64,000 nt of DNA from Spirochaetota bacterium (GCA_027858855.1 JAQIBV010000038.1:31966-95965), one strand, 5' to 3'. Shown: positions 18,763 to 29,380, numbered from the stretch's first letter. Program-made: numbers and translations. The notes: generated by a model from the letters alone, not told the origin.

Positions 18763-20025
18763 ATGGAAGAGAGTAAGTACGACTATATTATTATTGGTGC
18801 TGGTTTATGCGGCCTTTCTTTAGGTAAAGAGTTAAGCCTAAAAAACAAAAAAGTGTTATTGCTTGAAAAGGGAAGGTGGCTAAACGATGAAAAATTCGGA
18901 AGCATTCCCTATGCCACTACGTTTTATGATAAAGCCTCTTTAGCAAAAAGCAGACAGGGGTTTTACATTTATAGAAGTTTTGGTGTCGGCGGGTCAAGTG
19001 CTATCATGTGTAGTAATGCTGTAAGTTTAACAAAAGATGAAATTGATAAAATTGGTTTGGATATCCATAAAGAAATTGAAGAAAGTAAAGATGAATATGG
19101 AGTTAGTTGTGTAAATTACCCACCTGGCAAAGCTTCAAGTAAAATTATGGAATCTGCAAATAGTCTGAATTATGAAATGAAATTAATGCCAAAATTTACA
19201 GGAAAAAATAGATGTGTCTCATGTGGTGACTGCATTCTTGGTTGTAAATACAAGGCAAAATGGACAGCTGTTGAAATGTTAAACAGTGCAGATTCGGAAA
19301 AAATTGTAATTAAAACCGGTTTTTCTGTTAAAAGAATCATTCATTCAAATGGAACTGCAGTAGGTGTTGAAGGTGTTTCAAAAACATATTACTCTGAAAA
19401 AATCATTGTTGCTGCCGGCGGGCTTGGTACTCCGGTGATTCTGCAAAAATCTGGAATCGATGCAGGTAATAATTTATTCATTGATTTCTTTAATGTGACT
19501 TACGGAGAAGTACCGGGGTTCAATCAGGCAAGGGAAGTAACTATGTCTGTTGTAAGCGATAAGTTTCATGAAAAAGAGGGCTTCATTATTTCACCATATG
19601 TTGATAATATTGTTAGTCTTTGCCCTGTAATTAAATTTAAGGACTATTCAAAAATATTTAAAATGAAAAGCCATTTGGGAATCATGGCAAAAATATCAGA
19701 TGAAAACATAGGGCAGGTTTATAAAAACGGTAAAGTTGATAAAGAGCCTACAGTGCAAGACTTAACTAAATTGAATAGAGGGTTTGAAATTTCAAAAGAA
19801 ATTTTGATTAAATGCGGTGCTAATCCTAAAACTATTTTTTATACAAAACCACGGGGAGCACATCCTGGTGGAACGGCAGCAATTGGATCTATTGTAGATA
19901 AAAATCTGGAAACCAGGATTAAAAATCTTTATGTGTGTGATGCAAGTGTTCTGCCATATGCTCCGGGGTTACCACCCGTATTAACATTGCTTGGTTTAAC
20001 TAAGTGGCTGGCGAAACGGCTTTAA
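18763..20025 (+). CDS. GMC-family FAD-dependent oxidoreductase
   Basis: N-terminal DYIIIGAGLCG FAD motif. C-terminal GMC signature region (…HPGGTAAIG…). Confidence 0.65.
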   Translation: MEESKYDYIIIGAGLCGLSLGKELSLKNKKVLLLEKGRWLNDEKFGSIPYATTFYDKASLAKSRQGFYIYRSFGVGGSSAIMCSNAVSLTKDEIDKIGLDIHKEIEESKDEYGVSCVNYPPGKASSKIMESANSLNYEMKLMPKFTGKNRCVSCGDCILGCKYKAKWTAVEMLNSADSEKIVIKTGFSVKRIIHSNGTAVGVEGVSKTYYSEKIIVAAGGLGTPVILQKSGIDAGNNLFIDFFNVTYGEVPGFNQAREVTMSVVSDKFHEKEGFIISPYVDNIVSLCPVIKFKDYSKIFKMKSHLGIMAKISDENIGQVYKNGKVDKEPTVQDLTKLNRGFEISKEILIKCGANPKTIFYTKPRGAHPGGTAAIGSIVDKNLETRIKNLYVCDASVLPYAPGLPPVLTLLGLTKWLAKRL

Positions 20026-20031
20026 CTTCCA

Positions 20032-22023
20032 ATGGATAAATGGTATAATCTAAATTTGTCAGTTGCTAATCAACAACCGGATTTGTCAGATGGTATACAA
20101 GTATCGGAAGATTTCGAAAGAACAGTTTTAATGGCGTTAAAAACATACTCAAATGTTCATAGGGGTAGTGGGCATTTTTCATTAATGTCTACAGAGTTTT
20201 TTGAAAAATCGAGAGAAATAGTAAAGGCGTATTCTGGTCTTACGGGAAAAGAGTATGTAACTATTTTTTGCAGTCCATACGGATTTAATGTTTTAACTGA
20301 ACAACTGGGTACAAAAAACTATTTTTATATATCTTCCAGTGATATTGGTTTGTCTCTTGGAGTTGTTGCTATTGTTATAAATCGGAATTATCTTCCCGGT
20401 GGAACTCCTTTTCAAACAGGTGGTGGGGTAGTAAAGCTGGTTTCTCCAAAATCAGTTGTGTGGTCAAATATACCGGAAAGATATGAAGCGGGTACTCCTG
20501 CGGTAATCAACGCTATAGCTTTTGCAAAAGCATTGCAACTGAAAATAAATAACAGAAAAATTATATTATGCGATGAAAAATCGAAGAATTTCACAGTCAA
20601 TGAAATTCTTAATGCAGATGGCTTAGATGCCTACTCTGGAATTGAACTGTTAATAAAGTTGCGAGAAAAGCTTATAGGTAAAGGTCTTGAAGTACCTACA
20701 GTAAACGGGTTTAAACCCTATATAAATTTCGACAATGCAGCAAGTACTCCAACCTTTGAACCAATATGGAACACCTTCAAAAAAACATTACTTAGTGAGA
20801 CTAAAATACAAAAACAGGTTGTTGAAGAAACAAAGAGTATCTGCTCAAAATTTTTAGACGCACCCAGGGAAATTTATGACATTGTTTTTGCAAACAACAC
20901 CACAGAAGCAATAAACCTTGCGGCGAAAACAATTTGCTTAACTGATAATTCTGACATTGAACCTGTCGTTTTAAATTCACCTGTTGAACATCATTCAAAT
21001 GAATTGCCATGGAGATTTAATAAAAATTTCTCTTTAATAAGATTGCCGGCAAATGAAAATGGATTGTTGAATTTGGAAACTCTTGAAAAATATTTGAATG
21101 ATTATAATGTAAAGAAGCTTTATGGAAAAAAGAGAATTAAGCTGTTTTCTGTTTGTGGTTCTTCAAATGTATTAGGAACTTTTAATGATTTGCACGCAAT
21201 AGGTAAAATAACACACAAATATGGTGTTATCTTTTTTGTAGACGCTGCTCAATTAGTAGCTCACCGGAAAACCGATATGTTGGAATGCAGGATTGATATT
21301 CTGGCTTTCTCTGGACATAAAATGTATGCGCCTTTTGGTGCAGGTGCTCTTGTTTTTCGAAAAGGATGTATTGAGCACAATAACTTAATCCCGATTCATA
21401 ATTATGAAAATGCTAATGCAGCAGGTATTGCGGCACTTGGCAAGTCTATGGTTCTACTTCAAAAAATTGGTTTTGATGTTATTGAGAAAGAAGAGTATAA
21501 ACTTACATCACAGGTGATAAGGGAGTTGTTAGCAATTCCAGAAATAGAGATATTTGGCCAAAAAAGTACAGACTCAAGTGGCATTAGTAATAGAGGAGCT
21601 ATTGTTTCTTTTAAAATCAGAAAAACTCCACATAATCTTGCAGTGAAGGAATTAGCAGAGATTGGAGCAATTGGTGCAAGAGATGGATGCTTTTGTTCTC
21701 ACATGATTGTTAAGCATTTACTGAAAATTCATCCTCTTCGTGAAAAACTTGCAGAACTGCTTTTAATTCTTTTGCCTAAATTGTCTCACCCATCAAGTCT
21801 TCTTCCGGGGCTTGTTAGAATCAGTTTTGGTATTGAAAATAGTGAAGATGAAATAAGGCATTTTGTTACTATTATAAGACAAATAGTAAACAGGCATGGA
21901 TCAAAAATAGAAAGATTTATTGCATCTAAGAATAATGGAACTCCATTTATAAAACACACAGAAACTCAAAATGAAATTGAAAAATTCATAAAACAATATG
22001 TTGTTGAAAATTTAAAATCTTAA
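20032..22023 (+). CDS. Class-V-fold PLP-dependent aminotransferase (cysteine desulfurase/SufS-like) with an extra, partial N-terminal copy of class-V motifs
   Basis: Full class-V set in residues ~225–600 (YINFDNAASTP, EHHSN, SGHKMYAPFGAGAL, ARDGCFCSHM). Residues 1–170 carry N-terminal (NVHRGSGH) and C-terminal (ERYEAGTPAVINAIAFAKAL) class-V motifs without the PLP core. Confidence 0.65.
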   Translation: MDKWYNLNLSVANQQPDLSDGIQVSEDFERTVLMALKTYSNVHRGSGHFSLMSTEFFEKSREIVKAYSGLTGKEYVTIFCSPYGFNVLTEQLGTKNYFYISSSDIGLSLGVVAIVINRNYLPGGTPFQTGGGVVKLVSPKSVVWSNIPERYEAGTPAVINAIAFAKALQLKINNRKIILCDEKSKNFTVNEILNADGLDAYSGIELLIKLREKLIGKGLEVPTVNGFKPYINFDNAASTPTFEPIWNTFKKTLLSETKIQKQVVEETKSICSKFLDAPREIYDIVFANNTTEAINLAAKTICLTDNSDIEPVVLNSPVEHHSNELPWRFNKNFSLIRLPANENGLLNLETLEKYLNDYNVKKLYGKKRIKLFSVCGSSNVLGTFNDLHAIGKITHKYGVIFFVDAAQLVAHRKTDMLECRIDILAFSGHKMYAPFGAGALVFRKGCIEHNNLIPIHNYENANAAGIAALGKSMVLLQKIGFDVIEKEEYKLTSQVIRELLAIPEIEIFGQKSTDSSGISNRGAIVSFKIRKTPHNLAVKELAEIGAIGARDGCFCSHMIVKHLLKIHPLREKLAELLLILLPKLSHPSSLLPGLVRISFGIENSEDEIRHFVTIIRQIVNRHGSKIERFIASKNNGTPFIKHTETQNEIEKFIKQYVVENLKS

Positions 22024-22665
22024 TTGACTCGCGTAATTTATTTGCTTTGGTATATAAATCTGGGGATTCTAATGAAAAGTTATTTAGCACGAAAATACAG
22101 TTATTTCGAATCTTATTTGCTTATTTTCGAAATGTTTCAAACTCTTGGATATTTCATTATTGGCAGAAGAAAAAATATAATAAGTTTTGCTTCTGTTGAA
22201 AGACTTATGCTTTCTGTGACAGAAGTAAATGGTTGTGAAGTGTGTTCTTATAAACATACTTCTGAAGCATTAAAAGCCGGATTATCCGAAAAGGAAATTA
22301 ACGACATTCTGGCAGGATCATACGAAAGTATACCTGAAGAGGAAAGTGTTGCAATATTTTTTGCGCAGCATTATGCAGAGGTCAAAGGATTTATAGAAAG
22401 AAGTTCCTGGGAACGTGTTAAAGATGAATATGGAAAAAGAAAAGCTCTCGCTATTCTTGGTGTAATAAGAACCATAATGGTTGGAAATGCTTTTGGAATT
22501 CCATTGAGTTCTTTAAAAAACAGAATTAAAAGAAAAGAAATTAAAGGCCCCGGTTTTTTTTATGAACTGTGTATGCTTTTGATTTTTTTGCCATGTATGA
22601 TTATCGCTTTTGTTCATTTTTTTGTAAGTGCGATATTTGGAACCAGAATTAGATTCTGTGATTAA
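22024..22665 (+). CDS. Carboxymuconolactone decarboxylase / AhpD-like family protein with a C-terminal TM segment
   Basis: CxxCxxxH motif (CEVCSYKH). The ORF-track start is a TTG; the true start may be the ATG at ~22072. Confidence 0.55.
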   Translation: MTRVIYLLWYINLGILMKSYLARKYSYFESYLLIFEMFQTLGYFIIGRRKNIISFASVERLMLSVTEVNGCEVCSYKHTSEALKAGLSEKEINDILAGSYESIPEEESVAIFFAQHYAEVKGFIERSSWERVKDEYGKRKALAILGVIRTIMVGNAFGIPLSSLKNRIKRKEIKGPGFFYELCMLLIFLPCMIIAFVHFFVSAIFGTRIRFCD

Positions 22666-22887
22666 TGTCGGTTTTTTTACATGGGCGTTTTACAAAAAAT
22701 TATTATTTAATAAGTAAAACATCTAAAAAACGAAGCCCGGAATTTTGTTTTGTGCATCAACATTAAGGAATTAAGTTGATGCAGCCAATTTGTTTGGTAC
22801 AGAAGATGAGTTCTTTTCTTTAAAGCGGAAATTAAAGATATCCACTTTAAAGAAAAGAATGTAAAATAAGACATTGGTTTATTAAAA

Positions 22888-23757
22888 CTATGCTCTTCGT
22901 GATTCGATCAGTTTCTTAAGCTTTTTCATGTCTAAATTTCTTTCATACAAAGGTTGGTCACCGTTTTTGTAGGCTGCGCAATTTTCTTCAAATGTGGCTT
23001 TTTGGTTTTCCTGAAAAAAGATACCAGTTGGATAGGGATCGTTTTCAAGAGCCTTTGTAAATGCTGCAATTTTATCGCCCTGATTATGATCACCTTCTAG
23101 TTCGTAGGTGTTTTCTTTGTACCATTTGAAAGTATTGGTTTTGTTCATGGATACACACTGAACAAAGATGTCAACAAGTGCAAACCCCTTGTGTTCGATT
23201 GCCTTTTTAAAAACCTTTTTTGTCTGTTCAGAGTTGCCGGGAAAAACCCGCGCTACAAATGTTGCTCCCATAGCAATGGCAACCGTTAACGGATTGAAGG
23301 GCTCATTGGTGACTCCATCTATTTGAACTGGCGTAACAAGCCCTTTAGGAGATGTTGGAGAACCCTGTCCCTTTGTCAGTCCGTATATCATGTTGTTATG
23401 TGCAAACACGGTGATATCCGAATTTCTTTCAATTTGGGCTAAAAAGTGATTCCCGCCCTCTCCGTATAAACAGCCATCGCCAGAGTTTACAATTACCTCT
23501 AATTGGGGATTGCTCGCTTTTATTGCCATTGCAGCGGGCAATGATCTGCCGTGTAATCCGTTAAACATGTGTCCCTTGATATATTGAGGTAGTTTAGCTG
23601 CCTGTCCAATACCAGAAACAAATACAATTTTGTCGGGAGCCATTTCCATTTCGGCTATGACTTCCCGTAAAATTTTATGTACCATAAAGTGTCCACACCC
23701 CGGGCACCATGTTTTCGAATGCGGCATATCAAAATCATTAGCAGTAAAATTAGTCAT
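22888..23757 (-). CDS. korB: 2-oxoacid:ferredoxin oxidoreductase beta subunit (TPP-binding)
   Basis: CPGCGH and GDG…NN TPP motifs. Sits immediately downstream of the alpha subunit. Confidence 0.8.
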   Translation of the reverse strand: MTNFTANDFDMPHSKTWCPGCGHFMVHKILREVIAEMEMAPDKIVFVSGIGQAAKLPQYIKGHMFNGLHGRSLPAAMAIKASNPQLEVIVNSGDGCLYGEGGNHFLAQIERNSDITVFAHNNMIYGLTKGQGSPTSPKGLVTPVQIDGVTNEPFNPLTVAIAMGATFVARVFPGNSEQTKKVFKKAIEHKGFALVDIFVQCVSMNKTNTFKWYKENTYELEGDHNQGDKIAAFTKALENDPYPTGIFFQENQKATFEENCAAYKNGDQPLYERNLDMKKLKKLIESRRA

Positions 23758-25479
23758 CTATTTGGCCTCCTGTTCAATTATTTCTGTTATATCTTCTACC
23801 GAAAAAGGTTTTCCCGAATAACGTAAATGTAATGATTCTTTCGGGATGGATATGTCGGCATAAACCTTCAGCAAATTGGCCAATTGACCCGAAGCATTTG
23901 CTTCAATTGAAATCATTTTTTCTGGATTATTCTTCTCTATAAATTCTTTAATATTAGCGGGTAGAGGGTAAAGTTGATGAAAGTGGATGATCGCAATATC
24001 TTCACGATTGCTGTTATCAACTGCCTCTTGAATAGCTGGCAAGGTAGAACCCCAGCAGATTATAGCAAGCTTCGGGCTTTTTGGGCCGTACCATGTTGGT
24101 AATTCTGCAATTTTCTCTATTAACTCAAAACGTTTGTGAAATCTTTTTTTCACCATTTCTGGGCGTATATAATCCATATCTTCGGTGATATGTCCCTGCT
24201 CATCATGTTCGTCAGAATCGACTCTTACAAGGCCGGTACCGTAACCGGGGATACCCCTTGGAGATAATCCGTTATCAGTCAGTTTAAATCGCTGATAATC
24301 AGCTTCAGTTTTAACATAATGCTTCTCGATTTTAATTTCGGTAATATCCAGCTCCGGGATATTATTATATCGATCGACAAAATCCTGATCCGTTAAAACA
24401 AAAACCGGGATCTGATATTGATCTGCGATGTTAAACGCTTTCTGTGTTAAATAAAAAGCCTGTTCAGTTGTACCGGGGGCAAAGATAATCCGTTGAAACT
24501 CTCCGTGACCGGCATATAGCACCAGGTTCAAATCTTCCTGTGCCGTACGTGTTGGCAAGCCGGTTGCAGGCCCTGGACGCTGAGCAATATGCAGAACTGC
24601 AGGTGACTCCATTATGCCCGCAAGTGACAGGGCTTCGGTCATTAAAGCAAATCCACCACCGGAAGTTGATGCTAATGCACGGGCTCCGGCGTACCAGGCA
24701 GCCACTGTTTTATTTAATGCAGCAATTTCATCCTCTGCCTGATCGATTATGATTTCAAAGTCGTTAGAATTTGTCGCTAAAAATTGCAGAACTGCTGTAC
24801 TTGGTGACATGGGATAAGCCGAGATAAAATTGCAGCCACCTGCTATTGCTCCTAAACCAACAGCTTGGGCTCCATTAACAAGAATATCATTTTTTACATT
24901 TTTATCCGGTGTTAAGTCATGTTTGAAATCTCCGGAACCTGTTATTTTTTCTCCGATAGCAAAACCTGAATTGAAGGCCTCGATATTACTATTTACAACA
25001 GACTCGCCTTTTTTGTTAAACTTAGAGTCCAGCAGTTTGCCGGCTGCTTCTTTGTCGGCTGAGAATAGGCCAATGATTATCCCAGCAATAATTGTATTTG
25101 CGTAAATTGGATTTCCAATTTCTTTTGCAATTTCCTGCAACTTAACTTCAATAATCTGACTCTTTTCAAGTTCTGTTATGTCAATTTCGTTTGCTGGATC
25201 AGTGATTAATTTGCTGGATGAAGATAATCTGTTTTTTGAGTGGTTATAAGCATCAACATTAAAAGGAATTAACAGGTCAATTCGATCAACAAATGCAGTG
25301 ATTTGATGATCCGAAACTCGTATCTGAGTTGAATTAGATCCCCCACGAACTCTTGACTCATACTCTTTTGTCGCACAGATGTGATACCCGCTGATTTTTA
25401 GTACACCGACCAGGATTTCTTCAACTGTCTGTACTCCCTGTCCGGCTTCACCGGCTATAACGATAGAAATATCTTTCAT
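23758..25479 (-). CDS. korA: 2-oxoacid:ferredoxin oxidoreductase alpha subunit (fused gamma-alpha type)
   Basis: IAGEAGQGVQT (gamma domain) plus pyruvate-flavodoxin-oxidoreductase core. The start is moved to the ATG at 25479, preceded by aaggagg (25487–25493). The ORF track extends 19 codons further. Confidence 0.8.
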   Translation of the reverse strand: MKDISIVIAGEAGQGVQTVEEILVGVLKISGYHICATKEYESRVRGGSNSTQIRVSDHQITAFVDRIDLLIPFNVDAYNHSKNRLSSSSKLITDPANEIDITELEKSQIIEVKLQEIAKEIGNPIYANTIIAGIIIGLFSADKEAAGKLLDSKFNKKGESVVNSNIEAFNSGFAIGEKITGSGDFKHDLTPDKNVKNDILVNGAQAVGLGAIAGGCNFISAYPMSPSTAVLQFLATNSNDFEIIIDQAEDEIAALNKTVAAWYAGARALASTSGGGFALMTEALSLAGIMESPAVLHIAQRPGPATGLPTRTAQEDLNLVLYAGHGEFQRIIFAPGTTEQAFYLTQKAFNIADQYQIPVFVLTDQDFVDRYNNIPELDITEIKIEKHYVKTEADYQRFKLTDNGLSPRGIPGYGTGLVRVDSDEHDEQGHITEDMDYIRPEMVKKRFHKRFELIEKIAELPTWYGPKSPKLAIICWGSTLPAIQEAVDNSNREDIAIIHFHQLYPLPANIKEFIEKNNPEKMISIEANASGQLANLLKVYADISIPKESLHLRYSGKPFSVEDITEIIEQEAK

Positions 25480-26103
25480 AGTGGTTTTTATCCTCCTTAA
25501 AATTAATCTTTTGTTAACTGGGGCGGTCACTTTCAAAAACTTTAATATACTGGAAGGTTAACGGTTAAAGTTTCTCTCAAGATGAGGTTTCCCCGAAGCG
25601 AATTAATGACAATTAACTACATTTTCAGTAAATACAATTAGAATAGTATTGTGACTTTTTATAATATTTGCAGATGTTTTGTCTCTGCAGAAAAAGGTTA
25701 ATCATAAAGTAGTATAAAAACAGAGAGAATTCAACTGCTATAAGACGGAACTCATATTTAAAGGCGGGTTTATCAGAAAATTATACTTAATAAACGATTT
25801 ATCCAAAAAAAATTGATATTGAAAGATATTAAGTATTCCCTGTGATGAGGTATTAGAGAGGATGATTTTTAAAAGAAAGATATAACTCCAAACCATTTAT
25901 ATGAAATGATTATTGTCGATTAAGGTATTCAATAAAATGTTTGAGAATTGGTCAACAAAATTAGTTTCAGTTGCATTGCAAATAAAAATTGCAAAATATC
26001 TGTGGATTATGTATATTTCATTTTATCGGGGCGATTTACCATCCAGTTACCATAATTTTTAAAACCGGATTATCCCGACTGGTTTAGCTAACAAGGAGTC
26101 TTT

Positions 26104-28269
26104 ATGTCCACAGATAAGCTTCGCTTTGCTGTATTGATGGATATAGCATTTTCGGTATTTCAGGAAGAGCCTTTTATTGGTGTAAAGCGTTATCTTGATG
26201 AGACAGATGCCGAGGCTGTCTTTTTCGGGATAGGCGGGCTTGATTTTAGTAATCCGGAAGACAGGATGAGGATGCAGTTTCTGGATATGATTTCGCCGGA
26301 AGAGTTTGACGGAATCATACTCATGACCGCAACACTTCTTCATTGTGGTGGAGATCAGCTGTTAAGGGATAAGATTGCGGCACGGTGCTCAAATCTGCCG
26401 GTGGTTTCGATCGGGCCTTCAATAATGGGTGAAGACACGCTTATTTATGATAATGCGAACGGGATGAAGCTCTTGATGGGCCATCTTATTGCTGAACACG
26501 GATATCGTGATTTTGCCCATGTGTCGGGCCCCTTGTCGGGAGCAGAATCTCAGATAAGATTGGCAGCTTTTAGTGAATCACTTAAGGAGGCTGGAATTGC
26601 TTTTGACGAAAGCCTTGTTGTAGAGGGTAATTTTCTACCTCCTTCGGGATATGAAGCCGTCTCTGAGTTTTTTGATAAACGAGGGCTGTCTCCCCGGGTT
26701 ATAGTCTGCGCAAATGATTTTATGGCGCTGGGGGTCTGGAACGCCCTGATTGACCGTGGTATTAATGTTCCATTTGATGTAGCCGTAACCGGATATGATG
26801 ACAGTCAGCTTTCTCAGGCTCTTTCGCATCAGTTTACAACAGTACGTCAGTCTTTTAATACACTTGGTTATCTTGCGGCAAAACGTTTACATGCCATAAT
26901 AAAAAAAGAGCCGGTTGAACCTGTAGTTCCTCTTGTTTCAGAGCTCAGGATACGAAGCTCGTGTGGCTGTGTTGAATTTGAAAGACGGGTGGACAAGCAG
27001 AAAACTGGTCCAGTAGTTACCGGTTATGAGGATATAAAAAGTAAGGTTTTATCATGTATTAAACAGCAGGATCCCGACTGTGACCCTGAAGATATATACC
27101 GATCCTGGTCGGATATCGTTCATGGCACATTGCGCGGCAAGCGTCCGGTATATGAACTTGAAGATATGCTTCGTGATTCGTCTAATATGTTAGTTGATAG
27201 CGGCTTTGATCTGAAAAATAATCAGCTTTTTATTACCCTTTATTCGTTACTGCTTGAAGAGTGTAATCAGTCGGTATTTGTCGATTTCTGGAAAGAGAAT
27301 TTTTTCTCGATGAATCTGCGTGTCGCTATGGATAATCTGCATGCGGGACTGATGAAGGATCCCTCTGTTTCTGCCTGCAACGATTTAATGAAGAGTATCG
27401 CAGAGCTGTGTGGCGCTGATACTTTTTTAACAGTCTATTTCGACGATCATGGCAACTATCAAGCCGGCGCAAAAGTTGCGTATTCTAAGGGCGCATATTT
27501 TGAACATATGTCACCGGAACCTGGAGCCTGGTTCCCCAGTAAGGGGTGTGGCTCTTTAGTCGCAAATATTATATCGTACAACGATGAGTGTTATGGTTAT
27601 ATTCTTATTGATGCTTCGGTTGAGCCGGTTAATACTTATGATTATTTGCGAATCAGGTTTTCCGGTATCAGCAAGGATATAGATTCACTGAAAAATATAA
27701 TAACCTTAAACCAGGAGCTGATGCACGAAATTGCAGAGCGTGAAGCAGTACAGAAAAAACTGGAGGCAGCTTTAACGCTTGTAGAGCGATTATCTGTTGA
27801 AGATGACCTGACAAGGCTGCGAAACCGCCGTGGTTTTCTTACATCTGCAGAGCAGCAGGTAAAGTTCCTTCGACGTCAGGATAATACATTTTATATACTT
27901 TATGCTGATCTTGACAAGTTAAAGCCGATTAACGATACCTACGGACATCAGGAGGGCGATTTGGCAATCAGGTCTGCTGCCGATGTTCTGCGCTCGGCAC
28001 TGCGTGAATCTGATATTATCGGCCGGATGGGCGGTGATGAATTTACAGTGCTTGTCAATAAGGCAAAACCCTCAACATATCAGATGATACGTCAAAGAAT
28101 CGAAAATATTTGTGATAAAAAGAATATTGAGCTTAACAAACCCTGGAAGCTGTCGATGAGTATAGGCCGTTTTTTTTCGGATCAGGACTGTAATCTTCCT
28201 CTGGAAGAGATGATCGAACTTGCGGACGAGGATCTGTACAAAGAGAAGCAGAGGAAAAAGAAGGGTTGA
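26104..28269 (+). CDS. Diguanylate cyclase (GGDEF) with an N-terminal cytoplasmic LacI-type periplasmic-binding-protein-like (Peripla_BP_1) sugar-binding domain
   Basis: …VIVCANDFMALGVWNALIDRGINVPFDVAVTGYDD… (LacI ligand-binding-domain signature), no signal peptide or HTH. C-terminal …RMGGDEFTV… with the GGDEF motif intact. Confidence 0.7.
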   Translation: MSTDKLRFAVLMDIAFSVFQEEPFIGVKRYLDETDAEAVFFGIGGLDFSNPEDRMRMQFLDMISPEEFDGIILMTATLLHCGGDQLLRDKIAARCSNLPVVSIGPSIMGEDTLIYDNANGMKLLMGHLIAEHGYRDFAHVSGPLSGAESQIRLAAFSESLKEAGIAFDESLVVEGNFLPPSGYEAVSEFFDKRGLSPRVIVCANDFMALGVWNALIDRGINVPFDVAVTGYDDSQLSQALSHQFTTVRQSFNTLGYLAAKRLHAIIKKEPVEPVVPLVSELRIRSSCGCVEFERRVDKQKTGPVVTGYEDIKSKVLSCIKQQDPDCDPEDIYRSWSDIVHGTLRGKRPVYELEDMLRDSSNMLVDSGFDLKNNQLFITLYSLLLEECNQSVFVDFWKENFFSMNLRVAMDNLHAGLMKDPSVSACNDLMKSIAELCGADTFLTVYFDDHGNYQAGAKVAYSKGAYFEHMSPEPGAWFPSKGCGSLVANIISYNDECYGYILIDASVEPVNTYDYLRIRFSGISKDIDSLKNIITLNQELMHEIAEREAVQKKLEAALTLVERLSVEDDLTRLRNRRGFLTSAEQQVKFLRRQDNTFYILYADLDKLKPINDTYGHQEGDLAIRSAADVLRSALRESDIIGRMGGDEFTVLVNKAKPSTYQMIRQRIENICDKKNIELNKPWKLSMSIGRFFSDQDCNLPLEEMIELADEDLYKEKQRKKKG

Positions 28270-28315
28270 CCTGGTGAATGAGCTTAAAATGCTTCTTTCC
28301 GAAATAGAGGATTAG

Positions 28316-29380
28316 TCAGAGATCATTCGCGCTATCTATTGCCACCTGATTGCGGCCGGATTGTTTTGCTTTGTACATTGCCTGATCCGCTTTTTTAAAT
28401 AAACTGTCAGGTGTGTCTTCCATAGACGCCTGAGTTGTGCCTATGCTTATGGTTGCCCTGATTTTATGGGGAAATTTAGTCTTTTCGACTGCTTCTCTTA
28501 TTTTCTCTGAGAGATTGACTGCATCTTCGATAGATGTGCCGGGAGCGATAATTGTAAATTCTTCGCCACCAATTCTGAAAAACAGATCAGTTGAGCGTAT
28601 AACTTTCGAGACAGTACGTGCGGTATTCAAAAGTACCAGGTCGCCATCTTTGTGACCAAAGGTGTCATTGATGTCTTTAAATCTATCCAGATCAAACATA
28701 ACGAGGGACATTTTCTGTTTGTAGCGTTTGCACCGAGCCAGTTCGTTTGTAACGGAGATTTCGTAGGAGTGCCTGTTAAATATACGGGTTAGAGCATCAT
28801 GGCTTACTGCATACTCCAGCCTTTTTCGCACATAGTATCGGATAAACCAGACAACGGCAATCAGTCCGAGCGTGATTGCCGACAATGTTCCCGAAATTAT
28901 TTTAAAGCTGATAATCTTTTTTTCGTAAGCTTCTTGGGTTGCAAAAACCATCTTGTTAGAGATTTTCCAACACTCTTCGGATGCCTTAACAAAGTTTTGT
29001 CTGTTGGTTTCACTGTTGTTGATCCTGTATCTGTTTGCCACTTTCCTGAGTTTTGACCAGGATTTTTCAAGCCGGTCAAGCAGATAATAAAAAACATCAG
29101 TCTTTTCGTTAAGTCGTAATTCGGTCTCTTTGTCCCGGAAGCCTGCCAGATAATTATCTATTGTAGCATACTCTACCGGGTCAGGTTTTTCCAGCAAAGC
29201 CTCTTTTCGGGCTATACGCTGTATGCTGCCCCGGATTTTGCCCGCTGTATTAATAATGTTTCCTTCATATTCAAAGCGTATAAACTGAAAGTAGGAGTAT
29301 CCGGCCAGAACAGCAGAGAGAATTAGAATTACCAGCGATATATAAAAAGCGGCGTTGGTTTTTTTTGATGAGTAATGCAT
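28316..29380 (-). CDS. Membrane-anchored diguanylate cyclase (GGEEF)
   Basis: N-terminal TM plus sensor region. C-terminal GGDEF domain (…RIGGEEFTII…). Confidence 0.75.
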   Translation of the reverse strand: MHYSSKKTNAAFYISLVILILSAVLAGYSYFQFIRFEYEGNIINTAGKIRGSIQRIARKEALLEKPDPVEYATIDNYLAGFRDKETELRLNEKTDVFYYLLDRLEKSWSKLRKVANRYRINNSETNRQNFVKASEECWKISNKMVFATQEAYEKKIISFKIISGTLSAITLGLIAVVWFIRYYVRKRLEYAVSHDALTRIFNRHSYEISVTNELARCKRYKQKMSLVMFDLDRFKDINDTFGHKDGDLVLLNTARTVSKVIRSTDLFFRIGGEEFTIIAPGTSIEDAVNLSEKIREAVEKTKFPHKIRATISIGTTQASMEDTPDSLFKKADQAMYKAKQSGRNQVAIDSANDL

